From Bacteriovoracia bacterium (GTDB lineage: Bacteria > Bdellovibrionota > UBA1018 > CAIPTA01): a stretch of 64,000 bases of DNA. The position numbers and the translations under genes are program-made. Every line of letters starts with the position of its first letter. Position 1 is the first letter of the stretch. This document shows, piece after piece, positions 29,525 through 40,474 of this stretch. Under the pieces are notes generated by a model. It had not been told where the DNA came from. It saw nothing but the letters and a program-made list of their open reading frames with translations, and did no database searches. The DNA is taken from contig JBFWVL010000001.1 in the NCBI GenBank assembly GCA_050246755.1, positions 32,001 to 96,000 of the forward strand, read 5' to 3'.

Positions 29525-31609
29525 CTATTTTCTCTCTCTATCCAGAAAAAGAAAAAAAGCATAACTCAGAGCCGTATTCTTGATCGCCTCAAAGCGCCCC
29601 GAGGCTCCGCTATGTCCCGCGTCCATTTCGGTATGGAGCAGAACCAACGCGTGGTTGGTTTTCATTTTGCGCAGCTTGGCCGCCCACTTGGTGGGTTCCC
29701 AGTATTGCACTTGGGAATCGTGGAGGCCGGAGGTGATCAGGATATTGGGATAGGCCTTCGCCTTCACGTTATCGTAGGGCGAATAGGTTTTCATGTAGTT
29801 ATAGTACTCGGATTTACGCGGATCGCCCCACTCGTCGTATTCGCCGGTGGTAAGCGGGATCGTATCGTCGAGCATCGTGGTGAGCACGTCCACGAAGGGA
29901 ACCGCCGCATGGATCCCGCGGTAAAGATCGGGGCGCAGGTTCGCCACGGCTCCCATTAGCAAACCGCCGGCCGAGCCTCCTTCAGCGTAGATCCTCTTTG
30001 GATCACAATATTTTTCCTTGATGAGGAACTCCGTAACGTCGATGAAATCCGTAAAAGTATTCATCTTCTTGAGGAGCTTTCCGTTCTCGTACCAGTGCCT
30101 TCCCATTTCCGATCCGCCGCGGATATGCGCCACCGCGAACACGAAGCCGCGATCGAGCAGGCTGAACACGCTCACGCTGAAATCGGGTTCCATCGAGATC
30201 CCGTAGGAACCGTAACCGTACTGGTACAAGGGCGCCGTGCCGTCTTTTTTTAATCCCTTTTTATATACGATCGATACCGGGACCTTCGTGCCGTCGCGCG
30301 CGGTGGCCCAGGCTCGCTCGGAAGCGTAGAGCGTTGGATCGAGCGTAGGAGTTTCCCGAACTTTCTTCACCGCGCTCGTTTTCTGGGCGAAGTCGTAGTC
30401 GAAAACGGTATCGGGCTGGTTCGGGGATTCGTAGTTATAGCGGAGGTAGCCGATATCGTACATCATGTTGCGGCCCGCGCTCACCACGAAGGCCGGGTCC
30501 GGAAACGTGATCTCGTGGCTGACATTTGTTTTGCGGTCCACCACGCGCAAGCGGCGGAGCCCATCGCGGCGCTCCTCCACGGCGTAGTGCGAGCGGAAAA
30601 AGGAAACGTCTTCGAGCAGCACGTCTTTATTATGGGCAATAACCTCCGTCCACTTTTCTTTCGGCGTGGGTGCATGGGGCGCCTTCATGAGGCGGAAGTT
30701 CCTGGCCTTATAGTTAGTCACGATATAGAAAGCGTCGCCGCCGTCTTCGAGAGCGTATTCGTGATCGCGTTCGCGGGGAAGAAATACTTCGAATTTTCCT
30801 CGCGGATTTTTCGCGTCGAGGTAGCGCCACTCGGTGGAGAGCGTGGAACCCGAAACGATGAAGAGGAAGTGATCGTTCCGTGATTTCCCGATTCCTACGT
30901 TATAGGTTTCGTCTTTCTCCTCAAAGATCAAATCGTCTTTCGCGTTGCCGAGCTCGTGCCGGTAGATCCACTGGCTGCGCAGGGTCTCGGGATGCTGCTT
31001 TCCGTAAAAAATCGTCTTATTGTCTTCGGCCCATTCGTAGCCGCCGGTAGTATTTCTAATTCCTTCGCCGATCAGCTTCCCGGTTTTTAAATCCTTTACG
31101 AACAAAGTATAAAAGCGGCGGCCCTGATCATCGGCGGCGTAGACCAGCTTGGTATGGTCGGGGCTGGGGCTCGGAAAAGGCACCGAGAAATAGGAATGGC
31201 CCTTGGCGAGCTCGTTCACGTCGATCAGGATTTCTTCCTTCGCGCTCAGGCTCCCCTCTTTGCGCGCGTAGATCGGGTATTCTTTCCCCTGCTCGTAGCG
31301 GGAATAATAGAAAAACTTGCCCATCTGGAAGGGAACGGTGGAATCGTCTTCCTTGATGCGCCCGCGGATCTCGGCGTAGAGCTTTTCCCGCAGGGGCTTT
31401 ACCGATTTCAGCTGCTCTTCCACGTAAGCGTTTTCTTCGTTGAGGTATTTAATCACTTCCGGGTTTTCCCGGTCCTTCATCCAGAAATAAGGGTCGATCC
31501 GCACTTCCCCGGTGGATTTGAGCTCGGCGGGCCTTTCGGCGGCCACGGGAGGCAGGGGTGCGTGGGCACAAGCGGTCATAAATACTCCTAAAACGAAAAG
31601 GTATTTCAT
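29525..31609 (-). CDS. ptrB: Oligopeptidase B (S9A)
   Basis: GGSAGG nucleophile, DSQVQYWEP and DAGH. Confidence 0.93.
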   Translation of the reverse strand: MKYLFVLGVFMTACAHAPLPPVAAERPAELKSTGEVRIDPYFWMKDRENPEVIKYLNEENAYVEEQLKSVKPLREKLYAEIRGRIKEDDSTVPFQMGKFFYYSRYEQGKEYPIYARKEGSLSAKEEILIDVNELAKGHSYFSVPFPSPSPDHTKLVYAADDQGRRFYTLFVKDLKTGKLIGEGIRNTTGGYEWAEDNKTIFYGKQHPETLRSQWIYRHELGNAKDDLIFEEKDETYNVGIGKSRNDHFLFIVSGSTLSTEWRYLDAKNPRGKFEVFLPRERDHEYALEDGGDAFYIVTNYKARNFRLMKAPHAPTPKEKWTEVIAHNKDVLLEDVSFFRSHYAVEERRDGLRRLRVVDRKTNVSHEITFPDPAFVVSAGRNMMYDIGYLRYNYESPNQPDTVFDYDFAQKTSAVKKVRETPTLDPTLYASERAWATARDGTKVPVSIVYKKGLKKDGTAPLYQYGYGSYGISMEPDFSVSVFSLLDRGFVFAVAHIRGGSEMGRHWYENGKLLKKMNTFTDFIDVTEFLIKEKYCDPKRIYAEGGSAGGLLMGAVANLRPDLYRGIHAAVPFVDVLTTMLDDTIPLTTGEYDEWGDPRKSEYYNYMKTYSPYDNVKAKAYPNILITSGLHDSQVQYWEPTKWAAKLRKMKTNHALVLLHTEMDAGHSGASGRFEAIKNTALSYAFFLFLDRERK

Positions 31610-31698
31610 GGCCTTAGCATAGCATTCCCTTGGCGGGAGGGCAGCGCAGCAAAACGGCTTTCTTTTGACAAGTTTCCCCGTCCGCGATCATATTAGGT

Positions 31699-32493
31699 AT
31701 GCAGTCTTACCAAGATTTATTGCGCCTCCTGCTCGAAAAAGGCGTGCGTAAGGAAGACCGCACCGGCACCGGCACCCTCAGCCTCTTCGGCCACCAAACC
31801 CGCTACGATTTATCCGCCGGCTTTCCCGCCCTCACCACCAAAAAGCTGCACATGCGCTCGATCATCCATGAGCTGCTCTGGTTCCTCAGCGGAGAAACAA
31901 ATATTAAATATTTACGCGACCACGGCGTGACCATCTGGGACGAATGGGCCGACCAAGACGGGAACCTCGGCCCCGTATACGGCTCGCAGTGGCGCCACTG
32001 GAAAAGACCGGACGGCTCCGAAGTGGACCAGATCAAGAATCTCGTGGAGGCCATCAAGAAGAATCCCGATTCCCGCCGCCTCGTGGTGAGCGCCTGGAAC
32101 CCGGGCGAGATCGAAAAAATGGCGCTTCCCCCCTGCCACGCGTTTTTCCAATTCTACGTGGCCAACGGAAAACTTTCCTGCCAGCTCTACCAGCGCAGCG
32201 CCGACGTTTTCCTCGGCGTGCCCTTCAATATCGTAAGTTACTCCCTGCTCACGATGATGATGGCGCAGGTAACGGGCCTGGGCGTGGGAGACTTCGTGCA
32301 CACGCTCGGGGATGCGCATCTCTATTTGAATCACGTGGACCAAGCGCGCTTGCAGCTATCCCGCGAGCCCCGTGCTTTGCCAAAGATGAAGATCAATCCG
32401 GACGTGAAGGATATTTTTTCGTTCAAGTTCGAAGATTTTCAGCTCGAGAACTATGATCCTCACCCGGCGATCAAGGCGCCGATCGCCGTTTAA
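31699..32493 (+). CDS. thyA: Thymidylate synthase
   Basis: [27 protein letters not shown] and HLYLNH. Confidence 0.98.
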   Translation: MQSYQDLLRLLLEKGVRKEDRTGTGTLSLFGHQTRYDLSAGFPALTTKKLHMRSIIHELLWFLSGETNIKYLRDHGVTIWDEWADQDGNLGPVYGSQWRHWKRPDGSEVDQIKNLVEAIKKNPDSRRLVVSAWNPGEIEKMALPPCHAFFQFYVANGKLSCQLYQRSADVFLGVPFNIVSYSLLTMMMAQVTGLGVGDFVHTLGDAHLYLNHVDQARLQLSREPRALPKMKINPDVKDIFSFKFEDFQLENYDPHPAIKAPIAV

Positions 32494-32996
32494 TGAAACT
32501 CTCGATCGTGGTGGCCATGGCCGAGAATCACGTGATCGGCGTGGACAATCGCCTGCCCTGGAATATTCCCGAAGACCTGAAGCGCTTCAAAAAAATCACC
32601 TCGGGCCACCCCATCATCATGGGCAGGAAAACCTATGAATCCATCGGCCGCGTTCTGCCGGGCCGCACGAACTTGATCGTAACCAGGAATCGCGACTATC
32701 GCGTGGAGGGTGCCGTGACCTGCGGCTCTTTCGCGGAAGCTTTGGAGTGGGCCGAGCGTTCGCCGGGGTCCGACGAGGTATTCGTGATCGGCGGCGGCGA
32801 GATCTTCAAGGAAGTATTGCCGCGCGTGGATAGGATTTACCTCACGGTGGTGCACTGGCCCTTCGAGGGGGATGTGTATTTTCAGTTTGCCGAAGATCAG
32901 TTTGCGGAAGTCAGTTCGGAGAAGATTTCCGAGAAGCCCGCTAGCACTTTACGGGTGCTCGAGCGGAAGAAACCTACCCTCGGCTGGGCTACTTAG
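32493..32996 (+). CDS. folA: Dihydrofolate reductase
   Basis: IG-x-DNRLPW, DLKRFK, MGRKTYESI and IGGG. Confidence 0.97.
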   Translation: MKLSIVVAMAENHVIGVDNRLPWNIPEDLKRFKKITSGHPIIMGRKTYESIGRVLPGRTNLIVTRNRDYRVEGAVTCGSFAEALEWAERSPGSDEVFVIGGGEIFKEVLPRVDRIYLTVVHWPFEGDVYFQFAEDQFAEVSSEKISEKPASTLRVLERKKPTLGWAT

Positions 32997-33068
32997 CGCG
33001 CCCTAAGTGGATTTTTACACGGTTCCGTCGAAACTCACATCTCGGTCAATTTCCGCTATAATAGAAAA

Positions 33069-33743
33069 ATGAAAGCCTATCGCCTCCTCGTAGTAGCGCA
33101 TCCCGACGACGAAACGATTTTTTTCGGCGGCCTACTCATGAATCTACGTTCGCTTCCTTGGCTCGTGATCTGCGTGACGGACGGAAACGCCGACGGGCGC
33201 GGCGCCGAGCGCCACCAGGAATTCCTCAACGCCACGAAACTGCTCGGGGTGAAAAAAACCGAGCACTGGGATTTCGTAGACAAGTACCCGGATCGTTTGC
33301 CCATAGACCAGCTCGTGGCGCGGCTGCAGAAATTACCCAAACCCAAAGAAATCTATACGCATGGGCCGGTGGGCGAATACGGACACCCCCACCACCAGGA
33401 CGTTTGCCTCGCCGTGCACCGAGCTTTTTCGGGCAAGGCGAAAATCCATTCTCCGGCCTGGAACAGCAATATCGAAAAAGTGGTGAAGCTCTCACCGGCC
33501 CAGTTTAAGAAAAAGACCCAGGCCTACTCGAAAATCTACGGGCAAGAAACCACTCGCTTCGTGAATATTTTGCCGAATATGGCGATCGAAACTTTCCGGC
33601 AATTCACCACCACCGAAGTGGAAGCCATCGTAGGCTTTTTCCGCCGCGAGAAGGCGCTGGACATCAAGGCGCTCAAAGAAGAAGCCTGGTTAGCGGACCT
33701 GCTACCAGGCTTACGGGATAGATTAGAAACTAGATTATTTTAG
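33069..33743 (+). CDS. PIG-L family deacetylase
   Basis: VAHPDDE and GEYGHPHH motifs. Confidence 0.88.
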   Translation: MKAYRLLVVAHPDDETIFFGGLLMNLRSLPWLVICVTDGNADGRGAERHQEFLNATKLLGVKKTEHWDFVDKYPDRLPIDQLVARLQKLPKPKEIYTHGPVGEYGHPHHQDVCLAVHRAFSGKAKIHSPAWNSNIEKVVKLSPAQFKKKTQAYSKIYGQETTRFVNILPNMAIETFRQFTTTEVEAIVGFFRREKALDIKALKEEAWLADLLPGLRDRLETRLF

Positions 33744-33756
33744 CCGGCGCAGCGCC

Positions 33757-35145
33757 CTACTTCTCGCCCACCATATTCTCGGGGCGCACCCATTGGTCGA
33801 ACTGCTCGCTCGTCAGATGCCCGAGCGCAAGCGCCGCCTCTTTCAACGTCGTCCCCTCTTTATGGGCCTTCTTGGCGATCTGGGCGGATTTATCGTAACC
33901 GATATGCGGATTCAGCGCCGTCACCAGCATCAAGCTTTTCTTTAAGTTCTCGTCGATGCGCGCGTGATTGGGCTCGATTCCTACCACGCAGTGTTCACGG
34001 AAAGAATCGCACCCCTGAGAGATCAGGCGGCAGCTCTGGAGAAAATTATGGATGAGCAAGGGCTTATACACGTTGAGCTCGAAATTGCCGGAGGCGCCGC
34101 CGATGGAGATCGCCACGTCGTTGCCCATCACTTGGGCGGCGAGCATCGTCACCGCTTCGCACTGGGTGGGATTTACCTTGCCCGGCATGATAGAGGAACC
34201 CGGTTCGTTTTCGGGAATCACGAGCTCGGATAGGCCGGCGCGGGGGCCGGAAGCGAGCCAGCGGATATCGTTGGCGATCTTGAAGAGCGAAGCCGCGATA
34301 CCCTTGAGGGCGCCGTGGGCCTGCACGATGGCGTCGTTGGCGGCGAGGGCTTCGAATTTATTGGGGGCCGTTACGAAAGGGAGCGAAGTGAGCTTCGCGA
34401 TTTCTTTGGCGGAGGCTTCGGCGTAGCCCTTCGGCGCATTGAGGCCGGTGCCCACCGCGGTGCCGCCAAGAGCAAGCTCATAGAGGTGGGGAAGCGCGAG
34501 CTCAAGGTGCTTCCTGCCATGCGCGAGCTGGGCCACGTAGCCGGAAAATTCCTGGCCGAGGGTCATGGGAGTGGCGTCCTGGAGGTGGGTACGTCCGATC
34601 TTGATGATGTCCTTGAACGCGCTCACCTTCGCGGCGAAGGCTTTTTCCAATTTCTCGAGGGCGGGAATCACGTCGTTCTTCACGGCCATCGCCGCGGCCA
34701 CGCTCATGGCGGTGGGGAAAACGTCGTTGGAGCTCTGGGATTTATTCACGTCATCATTAGGATGAACCAGACGCTTCTCGCCCCTTTCGCCGCCCAGGAT
34801 CTCAGAAGCGCGGTTGGCGATCACTTCGTTGGCGTTCATATTGGACTGGGTACCGGAACCGGTTTGCCAAACGGAGAGCGGGAATTCTTTATTGTGTTTG
34901 CCGTCGATCACTTCGTCGGCGGCTTTAAGGATTGCTTCACCTTTTTCTTTTTTCAGGCTGCCATTGGCCATGTTTACCGAGGCGGCGGCGCGCTTCACCA
35001 CCGCGATGGCCACGATCACTTCTTCGGGAATTTTTTCCGAGGAAATGGCGAAAAATTTCAGCGAGCGCGCGGTTTGGGCTCCCCACAAACTGGCGGAGGG
35101 AACTTCGATGGGCCCAAAAGTATCTTTCTCAATTCGTACGCTCAT
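33757..35145 (-). CDS. fumC: Fumarate hydratase class II
   Basis: [23 protein letters not shown] and SSNDVFPT. Confidence 0.98.
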   Translation of the reverse strand: MSVRIEKDTFGPIEVPSASLWGAQTARSLKFFAISSEKIPEEVIVAIAVVKRAAASVNMANGSLKKEKGEAILKAADEVIDGKHNKEFPLSVWQTGSGTQSNMNANEVIANRASEILGGERGEKRLVHPNDDVNKSQSSNDVFPTAMSVAAAMAVKNDVIPALEKLEKAFAAKVSAFKDIIKIGRTHLQDATPMTLGQEFSGYVAQLAHGRKHLELALPHLYELALGGTAVGTGLNAPKGYAEASAKEIAKLTSLPFVTAPNKFEALAANDAIVQAHGALKGIAASLFKIANDIRWLASGPRAGLSELVIPENEPGSSIMPGKVNPTQCEAVTMLAAQVMGNDVAISIGGASGNFELNVYKPLLIHNFLQSCRLISQGCDSFREHCVVGIEPNHARIDENLKKSLMLVTALNPHIGYDKSAQIAKKAHKEGTTLKEAALALGHLTSEQFDQWVRPENMVGEK

Positions 35146-35296
35146 AAGATCTCCTTAAAATAGGTGCCTAGAAACGCTACCAATTTTGACCGGGAAATCC
35201 AGAGCAAAATGCTCTTTTGCCTATCGCGTTAGAAGATCCCTACCTGGACAATTTGTTTCTCGTGCACATCTTTTCTTTGCCATAGACTGGAGAGGT

Positions 35297-35617
35297 ATGG
35301 GGCGAAAGACCAACGAACAAGATCAAAATCAGCAGGGTTCCACGGCCGAAAAACAAAAGGTGAAGCGGCCTCCGCTCTACGCGGTATTGCTCGTGAACGA
35401 TGATTATACGCCCATGGATTTCGTGATTCACGTGATTCAGAAATTCTTCGATAAAACGGAGGAAGAAGCGTCACGGTTAATGCTTCAGGTACACGAAAAA
35501 GGCCACGCCGTCTGTGGCATATTCACGCGGGAAATCGCCGAAACGAAAGCGGCCCGCGTGGTACAATATGCACAGGAGCAACAACATCCGCTCCAGACAA
35601 GGATTGCCCCAGCATGA
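35297..35617 (+). CDS. clpS: ATP-dependent Clp protease adaptor
   Basis: [15 protein letters not shown] and EIAETK. Confidence 0.96.
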   Translation: MGRKTNEQDQNQQGSTAEKQKVKRPPLYAVLLVNDDYTPMDFVIHVIQKFFDKTEEEASRLMLQVHEKGHAVCGIFTREIAETKAARVVQYAQEQQHPLQTRIAPA

Positions 35618-37941
35618 TTACTCCATCGCTAGAAGCCAGTCTGAATCAAGCGTTCCAAATCGCGCAGAAGCACAAACACGAGTTTGTGACCCTGGAGCAT
35701 TTGCTCTACTCCCTGCTCTCCGACCCCGATGCGCTGAATGCCATCAAGGGCTGCAGCGGCGACACGAAAGAAATTCAAAACGAGATTGAAGAGCTTTTCA
35801 ATCAGCTGCCCAAGATGAAGGACCCAGGACGCCCTGAGCCCACGCTCGCCTTCAATCGCACCCTGCAGCGCTCCATCCTGCACGCGCAAGGCTCCTCCCG
35901 CTCCCAGGTTACGGGCTGCGATATTCTGATTCACATGTATTCGGAGCCCGATTCCCAGGCGGTTTTCCTGCTCGAAAAACAGGGCATCGAAAAACTGGAC
36001 CTCCTCAATTACGTCTCGCACGGAATTGAAAAAGAAGACGACGGCGCGCCGATGGACGACGAAGAAGACGACGGCGAAGAGACCGGGCCTAACTCCGTGC
36101 AGAAGCGCAAAGGCGCCTTGGATGCATTCGCCGTGAACCTGGTGGAAAAAGCGAAGCTCGGCAAGATCGATCCCCTCATCGGGCGCGACAACGAGCTCGA
36201 GCGCACCATGCAGATCCTCTGCCGCCGCAAAAAGAATAATCCCATCTACGTGGGCGAAGCGGGCGTGGGGAAAACCGCGATCGCCGAAGGCCTCGCGTTG
36301 CGCATCGCGAACGGCGAAGTGCCGGAGCCGCTGAAAAACAGCGTCGTCTACTCGCTCGACCTCACCTCCCTGCTCGCAGGCACTAAGTACCGTGGGGATT
36401 TCGAGCAGCGCATGAAGGCCGTGCTCAAAGAATTGAAATCCGTTCCGCACGCGATTCTTTTCATCGACGAGATCCACACCATCATCGGGGCGGGCGCCAC
36501 CGAAGGCGCCATGGATGCCTCGAACATGCTCAAACCCATGCTCTCCTCGGGGGAAATGCGCTGCATCGGCGCCACCACCTACCAGGAATTCCGCCAGATT
36601 TTCGAGAAGAACCGGGCCCTCGCCCGCCGCTTCCAGAAGATCGACGTCACCGAGCCGAGCGTGAAGGATACGATCAAGATCCTGCAAGGCCTCAAGGAGA
36701 CCCTCGAGGTCCACCACGGCGTGAAGTATACCCAGAGCGCCATCGTGGCCTCCGCCGAGCTTTCCAAAAAATACCTCCACGAGAGATTCCTTCCGGACAA
36801 GGCGATCGACTTGCTCGACGAAGCCGGGGCCGCAAACAAATTATTGCCCAAGAGCAAACAGAAGAGCTCGATCACCGACCGCGATATCGAGAACCTGATC
36901 GCCAAACAGGTGCAGATCCCCTCGAAGACCGTTTCTTCGAACGATAAGTCGCGCCTCAAAAATCTTTCCCGCGATTTGAAAATGCTGATCTACGGCCAAG
37001 ACGAAGCCGTGGAACAAGTGTCTTCGGCGATCAAGCTCAACCAATCGGGCCTCACCACCGGCGAGAAACCCATCGGCTCCTTCCTCTTCTCCGGGCCCAC
37101 CGGCGTGGGGAAAACCGAGCTGGCTAAACAGCTCGCGCACGCGATGGGCGTAAAATTCCTGCGCTACGACATGAGCGAGTACATGGAGAAGCACGCGGTA
37201 TCGCGCCTGATCGGCGCGCCTCCGGGCTACGTGGGCTTCGACCAGGGCGGATTGCTCACTGAAGACATCAATAAGCACCCCTACTCGATCATTCTCTTCG
37301 ACGAAATCGAGAAGGCGCACCCCGACCTGATGAATATCTTGCTGCAGGTGCTCGACTACGGCTTCCTGACCGACAATAACGGCCGCCGTTCCGACTTCCG
37401 CAATACGATCATCATCCTCACCACCAACGCGGGCGCGCACGACGGCCTGGTCTCGGCTCCGCTCGGCTTCGGCCAAGTAGACTCGACGGCCGGCATCGGC
37501 GCGGGAAATAAAAAGGCGATTCAGAAAACCTTCAGCCCGGAATTCCTGAACCGCCTCGACGCCACCGTGCACTTCAAGGGACTCGACCGCCCGATCATCC
37601 TGCACGTGGTAGATAAATTCCTCGTGGAGCTCGAACGGCAGCTGGCCGAAAAAGGCATTTCCGTGTTCGTGGCCAACGAGGTTCGCACTTGGCTCGCCAA
37701 GAACGGCTACGACGCCAAATACGGCGCCCGCCCGATCGCGCGCCTCATCCAGGAAAAAATCAAGCGCCCCCTCGTGGACGAAGTTCTCTTCGGCAAGCTC
37801 GAGCGCGGCGGCCACGTGGACATCAAGCTCGACGCCAAGGACCAGCTCGAGTTCCAGTACGAAGAGAAGCGCCACGATAAACCGAAAGACGAAGAAGCCA
37901 AGGGCGAAAAAGCGGCGGCTAAGGAATCAAAGCGCTCTTAG
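35614..37941 (+). CDS. clpA: ATP-dependent Clp protease ATP-binding subunit
   Basis: Two AAA modules (GEAGVGKT and GPTGVGKT) with no ClpB coiled coil; follows clpS. Confidence 0.96.
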   Translation: MITPSLEASLNQAFQIAQKHKHEFVTLEHLLYSLLSDPDALNAIKGCSGDTKEIQNEIEELFNQLPKMKDPGRPEPTLAFNRTLQRSILHAQGSSRSQVTGCDILIHMYSEPDSQAVFLLEKQGIEKLDLLNYVSHGIEKEDDGAPMDDEEDDGEETGPNSVQKRKGALDAFAVNLVEKAKLGKIDPLIGRDNELERTMQILCRRKKNNPIYVGEAGVGKTAIAEGLALRIANGEVPEPLKNSVVYSLDLTSLLAGTKYRGDFEQRMKAVLKELKSVPHAILFIDEIHTIIGAGATEGAMDASNMLKPMLSSGEMRCIGATTYQEFRQIFEKNRALARRFQKIDVTEPSVKDTIKILQGLKETLEVHHGVKYTQSAIVASAELSKKYLHERFLPDKAIDLLDEAGAANKLLPKSKQKSSITDRDIENLIAKQVQIPSKTVSSNDKSRLKNLSRDLKMLIYGQDEAVEQVSSAIKLNQSGLTTGEKPIGSFLFSGPTGVGKTELAKQLAHAMGVKFLRYDMSEYMEKHAVSRLIGAPPGYVGFDQGGLLTEDINKHPYSIILFDEIEKAHPDLMNILLQVLDYGFLTDNNGRRSDFRNTIIILTTNAGAHDGLVSAPLGFGQVDSTAGIGAGNKKAIQKTFSPEFLNRLDATVHFKGLDRPIILHVVDKFLVELERQLAEKGISVFVANEVRTWLAKNGYDAKYGARPIARLIQEKIKRPLVDEVLFGKLERGGHVDIKLDAKDQLEFQYEEKRHDKPKDEEAKGEKAAAKESKRS

Positions 37942-38652
37942 TTTTTGCAGGAACCTTAGGCTCCTTACGCCAAACCAAGAATAGGCTTCCCCATCGACGA
38001 TGGCGGAAGGAAAAGCGAGAGCCTGGAGCTCTCGCTTTTTTTTGGCGAAGGGATACGGCTCGGAAGCGAAGAGCAGTAGTGTTTTTTGGGGGTCGTAGTT
38101 TTCCAAATCAATTTTTGGGTATTTTTCTTCCTGGACTTGGAGTTTCGCCCCATAGCCGAGATGGGTGAGCATCGAGCCCACGAACGCATGGGGAGCTACA
38201 GCCATCCAAGGACCACGCCAAATCATATAGAGAATTTGCTCGGGCTCCTGCTCCGGGCGTTTGATCCATGCCGTTATGCCGGGGATTTTTGCGGCGGGCT
38301 GCGGGAAGTAAGGATGCGCCAGCTCCTCTGTCCACTCTTGTGCAAGGCGGGCGAGTTTTGGATTTTGGAGAATTTCCGCGAGCCTCTCGAGTTCGGCAGG
38401 CACGTCGTCGGCTTTCTCCACGTGCGTGACGTGGTTTTTCCGGTTAGCCATCTCCGGGAGGTTTTCTTCCTTATCGAGGATAAGGAGATCGGGGTTGAGT
38501 TCTTCGAGGAGAATTTTGTCGAGGTCTTTCGTTCCGCCGACTATTTTTATGTAGTTGGGCGGATGCACGCAAAACCGCGTGCGGCCCACCACGTCCACTC
38601 CGCATTCGATCAGGGTTTCCGTCCACGAAGGGACGAGAGAAACTACGCGCAT
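37927..38652 (-). CDS. Helical-backbone metal/cobalamin-binding protein (BtuF-like)
   Basis: RVVSLVPSWTE, VGRTRFCVHP, GGTK, KEEN and SEPYPF. Confidence 0.85.
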   Translation of the reverse strand: MRVVSLVPSWTETLIECGVDVVGRTRFCVHPPNYIKIVGGTKDLDKILLEELNPDLLILDKEENLPEMANRKNHVTHVEKADDVPAELERLAEILQNPKLARLAQEWTEELAHPYFPQPAAKIPGITAWIKRPEQEPEQILYMIWRGPWMAVAPHAFVGSMLTHLGYGAKLQVQEEKYPKIDLENYDPQKTLLLFASEPYPFAKKKRELQALAFPSAIVDGEAYSWFGVRSLRFLQKLRAL

Positions 38653-38737
38653 GATTTATTGTAATTTTATTTATTGACAGGCACCAGGTTTTTGGGCGAA
38701 AAGGTGCGACCTCCGAAATTTCTTTAAGGAGGGTTAC

Positions 38738-39682
38738 GTGAAAAAATCAGACAAAGAACTATTGAGCAATCTCAAGGCAATCGTTGCGCGTGAACGGCTG
38801 ATAGTGATTGAACTACTGAGACACCTGCGAGAGGTGGAAGCCCGCTCGTTACATTTATCTTACGGCTATTCTTCGCTCTTCGCTTTTTGCGTAGGCGAGC
38901 TGAACTTCTCCGAGCAGGAAACTCACCTTCGAATACAAGGAATGCGGCTGGTTCGTGACGTTCCGGAAGCGGAGGAAAAGATCAATTCAGGTGAGCTCAG
39001 CCTAACCGTGGCGGCAAGAGTGCAAGGGGTTTCTCGTAAAGAAAACTTATCTCCCGACGAGAAATGGTCGGTGCTGGAGGCTGTCGCAGGCTTAAGCGTG
39101 CGTGAGGCCGAGAGAAAGATATTGGAATTTTTCCCCTCTCCGGAGAAACCGGAAAAGAAAAAGATGATTTCTGGCGGAAAAACCAGAATTGAATTCAATG
39201 CGGATACCGAACTGATGACTAAGCTGGAGCGCCTAAAAGAACTGCTTGCCCATAAAAACTATGATGGACGATTTGATTTACTCTTTGAGGAACTCGCGGA
39301 CATTGCCTTAGAAAAACTGGAGAAAAATGACGCTCCATTACTTAGTGCGCACAAAGTAAAACATTCCCGTTATATCCCCGCCGCCGTAAAACGCGCTCTT
39401 CCCTGGAAAGAAGGCTGCAACTATACCGGCGCGGGCAGACGCTGCGGATCCCGGTATGGCCTACAAGTAGATCATATCCACGACTACGCCGGCGGCGGAA
39501 CCAACGCCCCCGAAAACCTGCAACTCCTCTGCGGGGCGCATAATCGGTTTAAGTCTCGAAAAAATCCATCGCGAACGAATACAGCACCTCTTCCTTCGAG
39601 GGCTGTACTTTCTTCTGCAACTTCTCCACGAAATCCACGCAGAGCACCCGGAGATCCTGCGCATCAGCCTCCGAAAGACTAA
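38738..39682 (+). CDS. HNH endonuclease with N-terminal helical (DUF222-like) region
   Basis: C...C...DHI...GG...NLQLLCGAHN; N-terminal YSSLFAFC. The C-terminal tail overlaps the convergent gene. Confidence 0.8.
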   Translation: MKKSDKELLSNLKAIVARERLIVIELLRHLREVEARSLHLSYGYSSLFAFCVGELNFSEQETHLRIQGMRLVRDVPEAEEKINSGELSLTVAARVQGVSRKENLSPDEKWSVLEAVAGLSVREAERKILEFFPSPEKPEKKKMISGGKTRIEFNADTELMTKLERLKELLAHKNYDGRFDLLFEELADIALEKLEKNDAPLLSAHKVKHSRYIPAAVKRALPWKEGCNYTGAGRRCGSRYGLQVDHIHDYAGGGTNAPENLQLLCGAHNRFKSRKNPSRTNTAPLPSRAVLSSATSPRNPRRAPGDPAHQPPKD

Positions 39683-40340
39683 CCACCACCGAGTAATGCA
39701 GGTCCGCCGCCGCATCCCGCTCCAGCGATTTCATCGCCTGTAGCCGTGCGTTCGTGTGGTGCTTCGCGATCAGTGAGGAATCGTTGCCGAGGTGCAGGTG
39801 CAGCGCCGTGGGATGGTATTCGTCCCCGCGCAGCTCGAGCAGCCCCGCGCCCACGAGAAAATCCAAGATCTCTCCTATCTTCCGCGCGGAAAGCCCGAGC
39901 CGCTTCGCCAATGCTCCCCGCGTGCGCAGAGAAGGAATCGTAACCGCCACGCGAACCGCGCCGTAGTACCAGGCACTGTAGTAACGGGATTTGTCCTCCG
40001 GAGACAATTCACGCTCGGAGCGAATACGATTCTTCAAAACCAAACGCGCCGCCCTCAGCGCCTCGAGCTGCTGCAAAAAATAACGCCGCAGATTTTCCGT
40101 GCCCGCACGCTCGTACTGGATGAGCAGCAGGAAGTAATGCAGCTCCTCTTCTCCGAGCTCCAAAAATCTCCCCAGCCTCTCGCCGTGTTCCAAATTGAAG
40201 TGGGCCTCGCCCTGCAGAACCTGGGAGATAAAGGCCCTCTGGCAGCCAATAGCCTCGGCCATTTGCGAGCGAAAGCCCCGCCCGGAGCGTTTTTCGAGAA
40301 ATTCCTTGTAGGATAGGAAGTCGAATATCTTTTGTTCCAT
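39549..40340 (-). CDS. TIGR02147/DUF4423-family HTH protein
   Basis: IFDFLSYKEFL, HTH (AFISQVL), YYSAWYY-x-A and terminal LYSFAMDFF. Confidence 0.85.
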   Translation of the reverse strand: MEQKIFDFLSYKEFLEKRSGRGFRSQMAEAIGCQRAFISQVLQGEAHFNLEHGERLGRFLELGEEELHYFLLLIQYERAGTENLRRYFLQQLEALRAARLVLKNRIRSERELSPEDKSRYYSAWYYGAVRVAVTIPSLRTRGALAKRLGLSARKIGEILDFLVGAGLLELRGDEYHPTALHLHLGNDSSLIAKHHTNARLQAMKSLERDAAADLHYSVVVSLSEADAQDLRVLCVDFVEKLQKKVQPSKEEVLYSFAMDFFET

Positions 40341-40474
40341 GATTCTAGTATCTTATATGTTTCATAAAATAGTAATTAATTGCTTCATATTTAAGAACTT
40401 CACCCTATAACCGATAAGTTGAGTACGGTATTCTTGTTTTACCGGAGCTTATTCCGGCTAAAACTGGAGAGAAT

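Noticed and set aside
38738-39682. HNH as Cas9/IscB or a restriction enzyme
   Set aside because: No RuvC motifs, and no adjacent array, guide-like RNA or methyltransferase.
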